A stretch of 64,000 nucleotides of DNA from a virus: the IMG/VR virus record IMGVR_UViG_3300049216_000067; one strand, written 5' to 3'. A program made the position numbers and the translations under genes. How positions within the stretch are numbered: the first letter of the stretch is position 1; every line of letters starts with the position of its first letter. Below, in pieces: positions 28,682-36,760 of this stretch. Under the pieces are notes generated by a model. That model searched no databases. It was not told the DNA's origin and saw only the letters and a list, made by a program, of their open reading frames with translations.

Positions 28682-29569
28682 TTAAGATGTCAAGAAATTT
28701 TGAATCACTGTAAGTCGATCCTGCTCATTCATGGATGGAAAATCAATATGACCCTCCAAATAATCCAGGAGCGGATAAAACTCTTCATCCACAGTCTTAC
28801 GAAATGAAGGAATGTCGGCCAGCAAATCGATCAGCCTGTCACCCTTCTTTCGAGCAAGAAACTTGTTGATCAAATAGTATGGTGACTTGATTTTAAGTGA
28901 CATGGACGGTCCATGCACCACAAAGCCTTCATGCTGACAATTCTTCACAAGGTCTAGAACAGTAGAGAACAAAATATTGTTGTATACGACCTGAGGGCGC
29001 AATACACCCATATGCTTAGCATGAGTATCCAATGAAGATTCGACAGCCATACCACCATCATAATGAAGGCGAGCACCTATCAAGTATGCTCCCGGCTCTT
29101 CAGGAATGATGTGTGGATCAGAAGGATCACAAATTTCAAATAACCATGTGATGTTATGCCCCAAATCACGAATCCAATTGGTAACATCAGGACGTAACCA
29201 TTTCTCTGCCAATCCAACAAAATCTGAGTCGAGTGATCCTGTCGTAGATACAATGACACCATGATCCTTGACGTAAGTTGCCGCTGCCATAAATCCGTTT
29301 ATCTTACGGACAGCTGTCACCCTCTGATCCAATGAAAAATCAGTTCCTCGTTCACCACGATTGTAGATCTTCTTGAAAGGTAAAATAACTGGCTTCCAAT
29401 CCTTATCGACAACCAATCCACGACACTCTTCCAATTCCGGTGTCCACAGGTTGTCATAAAAAACCTTTCGAGTGTACTTGACAACAAATAAACCTGGATA
29501 GCGAATAGACTCACGACAAGTCACCAGCTTTGGATTGTTTTCGACAAATGTCTTAATATTTTCAAACAT
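28682..29569 (-). CDS. T4 Rnl1-like RNA ligase
   Basis: ECRGLV, KINGF (motif I), STTGSLDS, FEI, EGFV, KIKSPYY. Confidence 0.88.
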   Translation of the reverse strand: MFENIKTFVENNPKLVTCRESIRYPGLFVVKYTRKVFYDNLWTPELEECRGLVVDKDWKPVILPFKKIYNRGERGTDFSLDQRVTAVRKINGFMAAATYVKDHGVIVSTTGSLDSDFVGLAEKWLRPDVTNWIRDLGHNITWLFEICDPSDPHIIPEEPGAYLIGARLHYDGGMAVESSLDTHAKHMGVLRPQVVYNNILFSTVLDLVKNCQHEGFVVHGPSMSLKIKSPYYLINKFLARKKGDRLIDLLADIPSFRKTVDEEFYPLLDYLEGHIDFPSMNEQDRLTVIQNFLTS

Positions 29570-30164
29570 GTGAATTTTTGACTCCTTTACCGTACTCGTT
29601 CAAAATATCATTCATCTTATCAGGGTCGAACGGATTACGTACAATATTTTTTACTTGAGGTTCAACTAAATCCACAGATGATATAGAAGATTGAAGCCGA
29701 AGCTGCTCGTTGGTGTAATCGAATCTACGATTAAGTTCAGTCAAAAATTCGATAATCTGATCATATAAATGTGCGTAATCTATTGTAAGAACAACAGAGT
29801 AATCGGTATTAATGCGCCCAATATAACCGGCTTCTGAGGTCATGTAAATAGCTCCAGGATATTTCGCCTGTTCAGAAGCGATCCTCATTTTAAGCACATT
29901 TTTATCAAAAAATTGCGATATCTGCTTTCCAGTAACACTTTCTAAGTATTCAAAAATATTTCGAAAATCATATTTCGTATCTTCGCCTAGAATTTTTTTC
30001 AGGAGAATTGATATCCACTTAATTTGGTTCTTAGTTGGATTTATACTGTAAGCAAGACTCTCAGCAAATCCTTTATCATCATCAACAATAAATTCTGATG
30101 ATATAAAAGATTGAAGTTGAAGCTGCTCGTCGGTATATTTGACCAAAACATTGTGCGTTGCCAT
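29562..30164 (-). CDS. Hypothetical protein with duplicated 14-aa motif
   Basis: YTDEQLQLQSFISS and YTNEQLRLQSSISS. Confidence 0.65.
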   Translation of the reverse strand: MATHNVLVKYTDEQLQLQSFISSEFIVDDDKGFAESLAYSINPTKNQIKWISILLKKILGEDTKYDFRNIFEYLESVTGKQISQFFDKNVLKMRIASEQAKYPGAIYMTSEAGYIGRINTDYSVVLTIDYAHLYDQIIEFLTELNRRFDYTNEQLRLQSSISSVDLVEPQVKNIVRNPFDPDKMNDILNEYGKGVKNSHV

Positions 30165-30427
30165 TAAGCACCGTTCAGTTTATCGGCTTTCTCTTTTGCT
30201 TCGATCAATAGATGCATAAAATGCCCTGGACAGGTTGGGGGCAGTTGACCCGTGCCAACTGCCCATACCAATGCTTCCTGGTGCAACTCTATGACTTGTT
30301 CACTGAGCCTAACAGTTTCCAAAAGTGTGCGGTAATACTTTCGCTGTTGCGTAACGCGAACAATATTCACTATAACGAACAGCACACCTATGATTGACCA
30401 CAACACAATTGAAATCGTGTGCCACAT
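30164..30427 (-). CDS. Membrane-anchored hypothetical protein
   Basis: N-terminal TM helix; TAATG coupling. Confidence 0.65.
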   Translation of the reverse strand: MWHTISIVLWSIIGVLFVIVNIVRVTQQRKYYRTLLETVRLSEQVIELHQEALVWAVGTGQLPPTCPGHFMHLLIEAKEKADKLNGA

Positions 30428-31314
30428 TACAGATCCCTTACGTCTCGAAAGCCAATGAACACTGGGAAACGCGGTGCTTCCTTGTTGCCACCGTCGAAGA
30501 ACTTGTACTTGGCTAACTTGCCAATAAGATTCTTACGATTGTCCCAAAACTCCTGACGCATTGCTGCGGTATAGCCGGTGCCAATAGCGAACTCAACACC
30601 TTCAGGAGTCTTGCAAACAAAAGCACCCAAGGTTCCCATGGGTTGCATGTTCTCCTTGTGGGAAGACCTTTCAGTGCGGCCAAACGCATTGCGTTCAGCA
30701 ACATTGTTGTTCTTCATCAACTCCTGAAAGCCAATAATCACGGCTTCAGCATCGCTAAAACGCTTCAGCTTAAGCATGCCACCTTCTTTGGTACTGGAAC
30801 GACCATGCTTGTAAGCTGCATAGGGGTTGCGAACAATCAAACCCTCATAGCCTTGACCCAGTGCTTCAGACTCATATTCATCCAGTTGAGACTGATCGTT
30901 AATCATGCGCTGTTCAACGAGATTAGCCGGATACAGAATCTTACCTTGACTCATTAGGTCAACAAGATACTTAACCCGTTCACCAAATGGCCTCATACCA
31001 ATGCTAATGTGATCGAAAACCCAATACGTGAAATCAGGCTCACCTTCCTCGGACATGACAGCAGACATGGTTGTGCGATAGAAGTCCGGAGCACCGGGAT
31101 TACCAACACCCAGTTCACCATCAAAACCATTGAATTCTGGACGACCAATCATTTTTTGAACATGAAGATTTGGGATCGGTTTCCAGTTACGGCTCATGGC
31201 AACACCATTGTGAACCATGCAGCGAATGCCATCCAGCTTAGGGGAGGCTAACAGGGGAAAATTGAAAACTTCCGGGGCAGCACCAGCCAACATCGGTTTA
31301 ATTGCATTCGTCAT
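30427..31314 (-). CDS. ATP-dependent DNA ligase
   Basis: KPMLA, SPKLDGIR, DGEL, EGLIVR, LKLKRF, PRFPVF; start reassigned to ATG 31314 after AGGAG. Confidence 0.93.
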   Translation of the reverse strand: MTNAIKPMLAGAAPEVFNFPLLASPKLDGIRCMVHNGVAMSRNWKPIPNLHVQKMIGRPEFNGFDGELGVGNPGAPDFYRTTMSAVMSEEGEPDFTYWVFDHISIGMRPFGERVKYLVDLMSQGKILYPANLVEQRMINDQSQLDEYESEALGQGYEGLIVRNPYAAYKHGRSSTKEGGMLKLKRFSDAEAVIIGFQELMKNNNVAERNAFGRTERSSHKENMQPMGTLGAFVCKTPEGVEFAIGTGYTAAMRQEFWDNRKNLIGKLAKYKFFDGGNKEAPRFPVFIGFRDVRDL

Positions 31315-31340
31315 TTTCACTCCTTTTACATAATAAAGTA

Positions 31341-31418
31341 AACCGCGTGTGGGTAACGATCCCACGTTCTGCACCATACATCGTCACCTGAAGATTAGAA
31401 CTGTGTGACTAACGCGGC
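31341..31418 (-). ncRNA. tRNA-like structured RNA without anticodon arm or CCA
   Basis: GCCGCGU/ACGCGGU closing stem, GUCAC/GUGAC arm, GUGGG-AUCGUUA-CCCAC T-arm-like hairpin. Confidence 0.45.
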
Positions 31419-31434
31419 TATTGACAACAGGGAG

Positions 31435-31462
31435 ATTATACCTGAACTATTAAGAAAGTCAA
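31435..31462 (-). promoter_or_regulatory. Sigma70-type promoter
   Basis: TTGACT-N16-TATAAT. Confidence 0.7.
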
Positions 31463-31469
31463 TATTTAA

Positions 31470-31979
31470 TTAAGGATGGGTACTGTATTGAATTCCTTGC
31501 ATTTGAGGAAGACCTGAGTTAGTGATAAACTTTTGCTTGATCTTTTCTAAGCGATCAGCCGGAACACCGTGAATAGACCCGTAATCACCCTTACACTCAA
31601 TAATGTGTACTTGATACCCATGAGTCTGCGCCAATTCAATGTAACCGCGCATAGCTCTCCAGCGAGAGTAAACACCCGCTGTAATGACGATAGGCTCTTT
31701 CATAACCATACGAAGATATACACCGTCATAACATTGATCAATAGCACGAGATAGACGTTCCTCGGTCCATTCGTATTCACCTTTCTCGTTGTATAGAAAT
31801 TGATCAGTCTCGACATAGGAGACGTGTGATTCCTCAGCCATTTTAGCTGCTAAGGTGGACTTCCCAGATCCAGGGATACCACGAATGATGTAAAAATGTT
31901 TCACAGGTTTGCGCTTAATAAACGAAGTCAAAATGAAGAACATGGTGAATGCTAAAAGCATTGAAATAAGTAAACCCAT
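31470..31979 (-). CDS. P-loop kinase (AAA_33/polynucleotide-kinase-like)
   Basis: IIRGIPGSGKST, SIHGVP; possible N-terminal TM helix. Confidence 0.8.
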   Translation of the reverse strand: MGLLISMLLAFTMFFILTSFIKRKPVKHFYIIRGIPGSGKSTLAAKMAEESHVSYVETDQFLYNEKGEYEWTEERLSRAIDQCYDGVYLRMVMKEPIVITAGVYSRWRAMRGYIELAQTHGYQVHIIECKGDYGSIHGVPADRLEKIKQKFITNSGLPQMQGIQYSTHP

Positions 31980-31988
31980 GATGTTCTC

Positions 31989-32297
31989 CTAAGCTGCTGC
32001 GTTAATTAACTTCCTTTCAATGTTGCCATTAACTACGCCCATTGTACCATTTGTAATATGAATTACAACAGCACTTCTGAAATGCAGCTTGTAGATATTG
32101 CCGTTATTTATAGGAATCGCAAAACAAATTTCAAAGCGAGTTCCGACTGTAATGGGAAAATTTGGAAGAGATAAACATGCGCCACCACCAGCACTAACGT
32201 TTAGAATGCGTCCAATAGATCGCATGTTTCCATGTCTAGCTACAACAAGAATTGAATTAGTGGTTTTACGTCGTTGGTTGTAGCGTTTTTCTATCAT
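31989..32297 (-). CDS. PilZ-domain protein
   Basis: RYNQR (RxxxR) and NVSAGG (D/NxSxxG) c-di-GMP-binding motifs. Confidence 0.75.
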   Translation of the reverse strand: MIEKRYNQRRKTTNSILVVARHGNMRSIGRILNVSAGGGACLSLPNFPITVGTRFEICFAIPINNGNIYKLHFRSAVVIHITNGTMGVVNGNIERKLINAAA

Positions 32298-32372
32298 TGG
32301 TGCTCTGTTGCAGATTCGAACTGCATTCTCTGACTTACGAAATCAGCACATCTCCTGTTATGTTTACAGAGC
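32298..32372 (-). tRNA. tRNA-Thr(CGU)
   Basis: Cloverleaf, loop UUCGUAA, CCA. Confidence 0.85.
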
Positions 32373-32393
32373 GTTTCATTATTTAGTTTAAAA

Positions 32394-32609
32394 TTGACTG
32401 CTCATAGCCGCTGTTCTGTTTCTAATCTATCATTTCTCTAAGCCTTAACCCGATCTTTGCTCCTATACCTTCGGAAACGATCTGTTTAAGTTGCTCACCG
32501 CCGTTTACGGTATCAGTAGTACAAACGTCTTTAGACTTCTACAGGGTATCGGTGAGCAGCGAACTTCCTCGATGGGTCTCCTTACCCTCCGCGATAGATC
32601 GACAGTCAA
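32394..32609 (-). ncRNA. rnpB: Minimal RNase P RNA
   Basis: P1 UUGACUG/CAGUCAA, P2 AUCUAUC/GAUAGAU, GAGGAAGUUCGCUG pairing with ACAGAACAGCGGCUA (P4), GCUCACCG/CGGUGAGCAA, P15 with GGU, UAGAGAAAUG. Confidence 0.85.
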
Positions 32610-32613
32610 ATCT

Positions 32614-32796
32614 TTAAACTGAAAACTCGTTTAATAGTTTACTTTCTGTAACTACTCTACTGCGAACCCAACTTTCAAAGGTTGGTGGCGTACCAGCATA
32701 GGACATAAAAGCCTTTCGATATTCAGAAAGAAGTCTCATATGTTCATCTGAAGTCAATTGAATGTCTGGTTGTTCGTCAACAATCTTAATCGCCAT
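32614..32796 (-). CDS. Hypothetical protein
   Basis: Start at MAIKIV after GGAG. Confidence 0.6.
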   Translation of the reverse strand: MAIKIVDEQPDIQLTSDEHMRLLSEYRKAFMSYAGTPPTFESWVRSRVVTESKLLNEFSV

Positions 32797-33139
32797 CTTT
32801 ATCTCCTGCTTTGATTTTCTCTTTGTCGATTCTAGCTCTTTCTTTATCGACAATTCTCTGCATTTTAACAAGATCGTTTTTCGCTTTCTCTAAAATAGAA
32901 ATAGCCTCGTTGATCTTGTCAATTTTTAAACTGTCCACCTCTTCATAACTTTCAAAATCCCAATTGATTACCCTATTGCAGTCACCGAGAGACATATTGA
33001 AATCAATTTGAAGATAGTCTTTATCGGGTGTTTTACCCTTCTTAACTTTCACATAACCTTTATATCGTATATAGCTACCTGTCTCAAACTGGTCGATGAA
33101 ATCGCCACCGGTCGTTTTAAATAGGATATTTTCATCCAT
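32786..33139 (-). CDS. Hypothetical protein
   Basis: Start at MDENIL. Confidence 0.65.
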   Translation of the reverse strand: MDENILFKTTGGDFIDQFETGSYIRYKGYVKVKKGKTPDKDYLQIDFNMSLGDCNRVINWDFESYEEVDSLKIDKINEAISILEKAKNDLVKMQRIVDKERARIDKEKIKAGDKDGD

Positions 33140-33521
33140 CACTTGTCTCCTGTTCTTCGTCTGGAAGTATAGCATTTTTATCTACTTCTTTCCAGAGACC
33201 GTCGTCTTTCACTTCGACTTTAATCTTGCGCATTTGGCGTTCTACATTGTCCTGAATGACTGCTTCTTGACCAGTTCTCTTTAAGAATTCCAAATGACGC
33301 CAGTCTTCAAACTTCTTGGTCTTTGCCATGCGCTCAAACGCAAGAGAACGGTTCTGGTGCTGACTTCGATGATCTTCAGCATAACCGTGGGCACCTGAGG
33401 CACGATGGGTGCAATGGACCGCAGAATTGGTTTTATTCTTCTTTTGACCACCGTTGCCGGTGCCGCGAGTGTATGACCAATCGGATGCGGTAACGGAGAA
33501 TACTAATTCACGCTTACTCAT
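33132..33521 (-). CDS. RF-1-domain GGQ protein (ArfB/PrfH-like peptidyl-tRNA hydrolase)
   Basis: RGTGNGGQKKNKTNSAVHCTH.ASG...RSQHQNR..A. Confidence 0.88.
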   Translation of the reverse strand: MSKRELVFSVTASDWSYTRGTGNGGQKKNKTNSAVHCTHRASGAHGYAEDHRSQHQNRSLAFERMAKTKKFEDWRHLEFLKRTGQEAVIQDNVERQMRKIKVEVKDDGLWKEVDKNAILPDEEQETSDG

Positions 33522-33792
33522 GTTTTGCACTCAAATTTAATTCTTGCATATATTCGTCAGAATATTTTGCATTCACTGTAAAGATTGATCCTGCTGATCT
33601 GCTCATTGGTTGCACAGCAGCCAACTCGATCATTTGTTCGCGAAATTTCTTTTTAATGAATTCGTGTAGTTTCTGTCGAGTTTCCGGAGTATTTGGCATC
33701 CCTACGAAATCTTCAAAACAAGTCGGATTAGAAGCTATGATTTCATAGAATTCATCAGCATCTAAAGTTTCGGATTCAGTTTCTTTTTTCAT
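33514..33792 (-). CDS. Hypothetical protein
   Basis: Packed ORF. Confidence 0.6.
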   Translation of the reverse strand: MKKETESETLDADEFYEIIASNPTCFEDFVGMPNTPETRQKLHEFIKKKFREQMIELAAVQPMSRSAGSIFTVNAKYSDEYMQELNLSAKHE

Positions 33793-33953
33793 TGTTTCAC
33801 CAGATCACGAATGTATTTTTGATACTCAATCGGTTTAGCTAAAAAGCTTTTATAGAGAGCTAAACTTTCACCTTTTAGAAGAAACTGGAGACCACGATGC
33901 TCCATCATGACAAAACGGCAATCAAGATTTATATTTACTTGAATTGCGTACAT
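33789..33953 (-). CDS. Hypothetical protein
   Basis: Start trimmed to avoid the tRNA-Ser. Confidence 0.4.
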   Translation of the reverse strand: MYAIQVNINLDCRFVMMEHRGLQFLLKGESLALYKSFLAKPIEYQKYIRDLVKQ

Positions 33954-33957
33954 AGAT

Positions 33958-34045
33958 TGGCGGGTAGCAGAAGAATCGAACTCCAACACCTTTCGGCGTC
34001 CCTTTCTTTAGCAAAGAAGCCTGGTTCCAAACCAGATTACTACCC
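33958..34045 (-). tRNA. tRNA-Ser(GCU)
   Basis: Loop UUGCUAA, long variable arm, GCCA end. Confidence 0.85.
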
Positions 34046-34058
34046 TAATCTCCTATAT

Positions 34059-34649
34059 TTAGTTCAACTTGTAAGCTGGATTTTTCCAGACCCTCGATGA
34101 CTTAGGAATCTTCGAAAGCAAATATTCCATCTGATCGTACAACACTTTATGGTTGTCCAAAAGAAGCTTTTCCTGCAAGTTAGGTGCATACGGAACATAC
34201 AACAATTGCATACCTGCTTGTTCCGGTGTCCTGTCTGCTTTACCGTGATTACATGACTTGCAAGCAGAAACAGTGTTCACCCAAGTGTGACGACCACCAT
34301 GAGACTTAGGAATCACATGGTCAATAGTCAACTGATTGTACTTGAATTGAATTCCACAATATGCGCAGATGTAAGCATCACGAGCATAAAGAATATCACG
34401 CTCAGCATAAATCGTTTCTCGTGTGTAGAAATCTCGTCCAAACACAGGACCGTCAACCATAATGATTGAAGAGACTTCAATCTTTGATCGTTCACCCTTA
34501 GAATTCATGCCACCATAGAAAGTGTGAACAGGAGAACCAAGATTACAGATGACCTTACCCAAAGCGTAGTAACGCGCAGACTCTTCTTCGAGTCCGGTCC
34601 ATTCGCGTGGGTTTCCTGATTTGTCAACAACGAGAACTTCTTTCGACAT
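34059..34649 (-). CDS. HNH endonuclease
   Basis: RD.Y.CAYCG, TIDHVIPKS.GG..TW.N.V.AC..CN..K. Confidence 0.9.
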   Translation of the reverse strand: MSKEVLVVDKSGNPREWTGLEEESARYYALGKVICNLGSPVHTFYGGMNSKGERSKIEVSSIIMVDGPVFGRDFYTRETIYAERDILYARDAYICAYCGIQFKYNQLTIDHVIPKSHGGRHTWVNTVSACKSCNHGKADRTPEQAGMQLLYVPYAPNLQEKLLLDNHKVLYDQMEYLLSKIPKSSRVWKNPAYKLN

Positions 34650-34704
34650 GTTCTAACTCCTTCACTCACAAGTGCATGATTTATTTAGGAACAAGATTCT
34701 AAAT

Positions 34705-34779
34705 TGGAGTACTGGACTGGATTCGAACCAGCATGGGACTATTTTGCAGACAGCCGCGTGACCTTTCCGCCACCAGTAC
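34705..34779 (-). tRNA. tRNA-Cys(GCA)
   Basis: Loop CUGCAAA, U73. Confidence 0.88.
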
Positions 34780-34801
34780 ATTCGTAAGGAGTATAACTTT
34801 G

Positions 34802-35122
34802 TTATCGAGCTATGACAAGGTTCTTTGGAGGGACTTCAATTTTCGTCTTTCCATTGATCTTGTTGTAATGAGCTAGAATCTGATCTTCTGGCTCAGTAAT
34901 GTAGACAATCTTATCTTCAAGAATTTCAATCTCTTCTTTTGCCAAAGTTCCCCATGGAATGAAAGCAAACATGATCTGCGTCTTACCGGCTGCATCAGGT
35001 GGTCCCTGCTGTGGGATAACAAGAATCGCATCTGTAAGTGAATAACCTGTTTTTAAGGTTTGAACAGTTGCAAGTAATTCTTCACCAGTAACAAGCTTGA
35101 TTAATTTGACGCTAGATTCCAT
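34802..35122 (-). CDS. Sm-like fold conserved T4-like protein
   Basis: VKLIKLVTGEELLA...F.PW...Y. Confidence 0.75.
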   Translation of the reverse strand: MESSVKLIKLVTGEELLATVQTLKTGYSLTDAILVIPQQGPPDAAGKTQIMFAFIPWGTLAKEEIEILEDKIVYITEPEDQILAHYNKINGKTKIEVPPKNLVIAR

Positions 35123-35146
35123 GATAATTCCTTTAGGTAAAGCTTT

Positions 35147-35175
35147 ATTATACAGTATTTTTGTTTAATAAGAAA
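35147..35175 (-). promoter_or_regulatory. Promoter with TATTAA box and TATAAT -10
   Basis: TATTAA-N12-TATAAT; same arrangement at five other sites (see findings). Confidence 0.6.
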
Positions 35176-35176
35176 T

Positions 35177-35252
35177 TGGAGCGGATGAAGGGACTCGAAC
35201 CCTCGACATCTTCCTTGGCAAGGAAGCGCAATAGCCGCTATGCGACATCCGC
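35177..35252 (-). tRNA. tRNA-Gly(GCC)
   Basis: Cloverleaf, loop UUGCCAA. Confidence 0.92.
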
Positions 35253-35258
35253 GTAAAC

Positions 35259-35333
35259 TGGTGCTCCAACACAGAATCGAACTGTGACTTGGTCCTTACC
35301 AAGGACCTGTAATAACCATTTTACTATAGGAGC
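35259..35333 (-). tRNA. tRNA-Thr(GGU)
   Basis: Loop UUGGUAA. Confidence 0.9.
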
Positions 35334-35391
35334 GATACATTCAGATTATCCTTTTAATTGCGACTGTTTCCCCCCCCCCCCGCAATGGATT

Positions 35392-35465
35392 TGGTGGTCG
35401 TACTAGGAATCGAGCCTAGGTATCTTCCATGTCATAGAAGTGTTCTACCATTGAACTATACAACC
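35392..35465 (-). tRNA. tRNA-Val(GAC)
   Basis: Loop AUGACAU. Confidence 0.8.
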
Positions 35466-35473
35466 AAAACCGT

Positions 35474-35662
35474 TTAGTGAAAGCCGTGCAAATACGGCAA
35501 CAGTTGGACTACCAACCATATGACCAACGCAACGATGGCAACACCGTTTAGAATTTGCTTGAACGTTTCCTGCAAAGGAGCCTTATTGACAAGCCATAGC
35601 AAAAAACCTGCAACAAAAATCACAATCAAAATGTGGATAATGTCCACCATAAATTTCTCCAT
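35474..35662 (-). CDS. Small two-TM membrane protein
   Basis: Two hydrophobic helices joined by KAP...K.IL. Confidence 0.7.
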   Translation of the reverse strand: MEKFMVDIIHILIVIFVAGFLLWLVNKAPLQETFKQILNGVAIVALVIWLVVQLLPYLHGFH

Positions 35663-35683
35663 TGTAAATTAAACGTTCGAAAT

Positions 35684-35759
35684 TGGTCCCCTTGCCAGAA
35701 CTCGAATCTGGAATAAAACGTTCGTAGCGTTTCGTGATATCCGGTTTCACCACAAGGAG
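35684..35759 (-). tRNA. tRNA-Arg(ACG)
   Basis: Loop CUACGAA. Confidence 0.88.
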
Positions 35760-35840
35760 AGATACTGGTTACGTTTCCAGTTCATGTAGGATCATCTGGT
35801 TTGCCTAAGCCTAACAGATAAACACTCGCCATGACGATTT

Positions 35841-35913
35841 TGGTAGCGGTCGCTGGTAATGCTCCAGTTCTACAGGTTATGAGCCTGTCGTCAACTTTTT
35901 CGACTTCCCCGCT
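35841..35913 (-). tRNA. Atypical tRNA-Met(CAU), initiator-like
   Basis: AGCGGGG 5' end, loop CUCAUAA, non-canonical T loop, acceptor mismatches. Confidence 0.6.
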
Positions 35914-35932
35914 ATAATCTTTATATGATGTT

Positions 35933-36250
35933 TGGTGCTGATTTTTCGAGTAGTTGTCAAGCTACTATCTTTCTTTTTAGGTCCGGTGGGTTTATGACTT
36001 ACACATCTCCACTCTGTTGCAACAAAGTTTCGCAGATATGAGAGGAATTTTCCTCCAACGTAGTCGTCTTCTGACTGTTTATGGTCTACCAACTACGCAG
36101 CGATCACAGGCGGGTTCCGTCTTTTTCCTGTTACTTTCTGTCATTACCTTACCTAATCATACTCAAACCTTCTCGACAGCCCGTGAGAAGTACCTTCCTG
36201 CCGAAGAACGCAGTTTATCAGTCACAAAAAACCAACCCAAACATCACATT
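35933..36250 (-). ncRNA. Unidentified structured RNA of about 320 nt ending in ACCA
   Basis: At least six hairpins, long-range end pairing, no credible ORF. Confidence 0.55.
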
Positions 36251-36254
36251 AAAC

Positions 36255-36329
36255 TGGTGGTGATACTGAGAATCGAACTCAGATCTATGGCTTATGAGAC
36301 CACTGCCCTAGCCGTTGGACGATATCACC
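36255..36329 (-). tRNA. tRNA-Met/Ile2(CAU)
   Basis: Loop CUCAUAA. Confidence 0.85.
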
Positions 36330-36420
36330 GTAAATTGTTGGGACCTATCGCTGCCCGTGCGAGTATTTTACGAATAATACCATTCGTCTCTACAAACACT
36401 GACGCTCGTTGAGAAGTAAT

Positions 36421-36496
36421 TGGTGGAACTGGTAGGAGTCGAACCTACATCTCGTCCTCTTCAGGGACACGCTAAAGCCACCTCAGCTACAGTTCC
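36421..36496 (-). tRNA. tRNA-Phe(GAA)
   Basis: Loop CUGAAGA. Confidence 0.9.
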
Positions 36497-36501
36497 AAAT
36501 T

Positions 36502-36578
36502 TGGTGCCCAATGAGGGAGTCGAACCCTCAAAACCCAGCTTCTTAGACTGGTACGTATGCCAATTCCGTCAACTGGGC
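36502..36578 (-). tRNA. tRNA-Leu(AAG), short variable loop
   Basis: CCAGU-CUAAGAA-GCUGG. Confidence 0.85.
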
Positions 36579-36587
36579 AAATAAAAT

Positions 36588-36664
36588 TGGTGCGCCTGAC
36601 AGGAGTCGAACCTGCAAGATTTTGGTTCTAAGCCAAACATGTTTGCCAATTTCATCACAAGCGC
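36588..36664 (-). tRNA. tRNA-Leu(UAG), short variable loop
   Basis: UUUGG-CUUAGAA-CCAAA. Confidence 0.87.
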
Positions 36665-36670
36665 ATAATT

Positions 36671-36756
36671 TGGCGGAAAGCTGACGAATCGAACGCCACA
36701 AGTTTCCCTGCGATGTGCTTTCTAGACACTCAGAGACCCAGTCTCTATAACTTTCC
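36671..36756 (-). tRNA. tRNA-Ser(AGA)
   Basis: Loop CUAGAAA, long variable arm, G73. Confidence 0.82.
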
Positions 36757-36760
36757 AAAT

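Noticed and set aside
31470-32297. PilZ TAG is in frame with the downstream kinase ATG (possible readthrough fusion)
   Set aside because: The TAG is part of the TAGGAG SD of the next gene, and an in-frame relation has a 1-in-3 chance. No other support.
35370-35381. C12 homopolymer between tRNAs
   Set aside because: Non-coding, inside a small hairpin and prone to sequencing error. No phase-variable target is evident.
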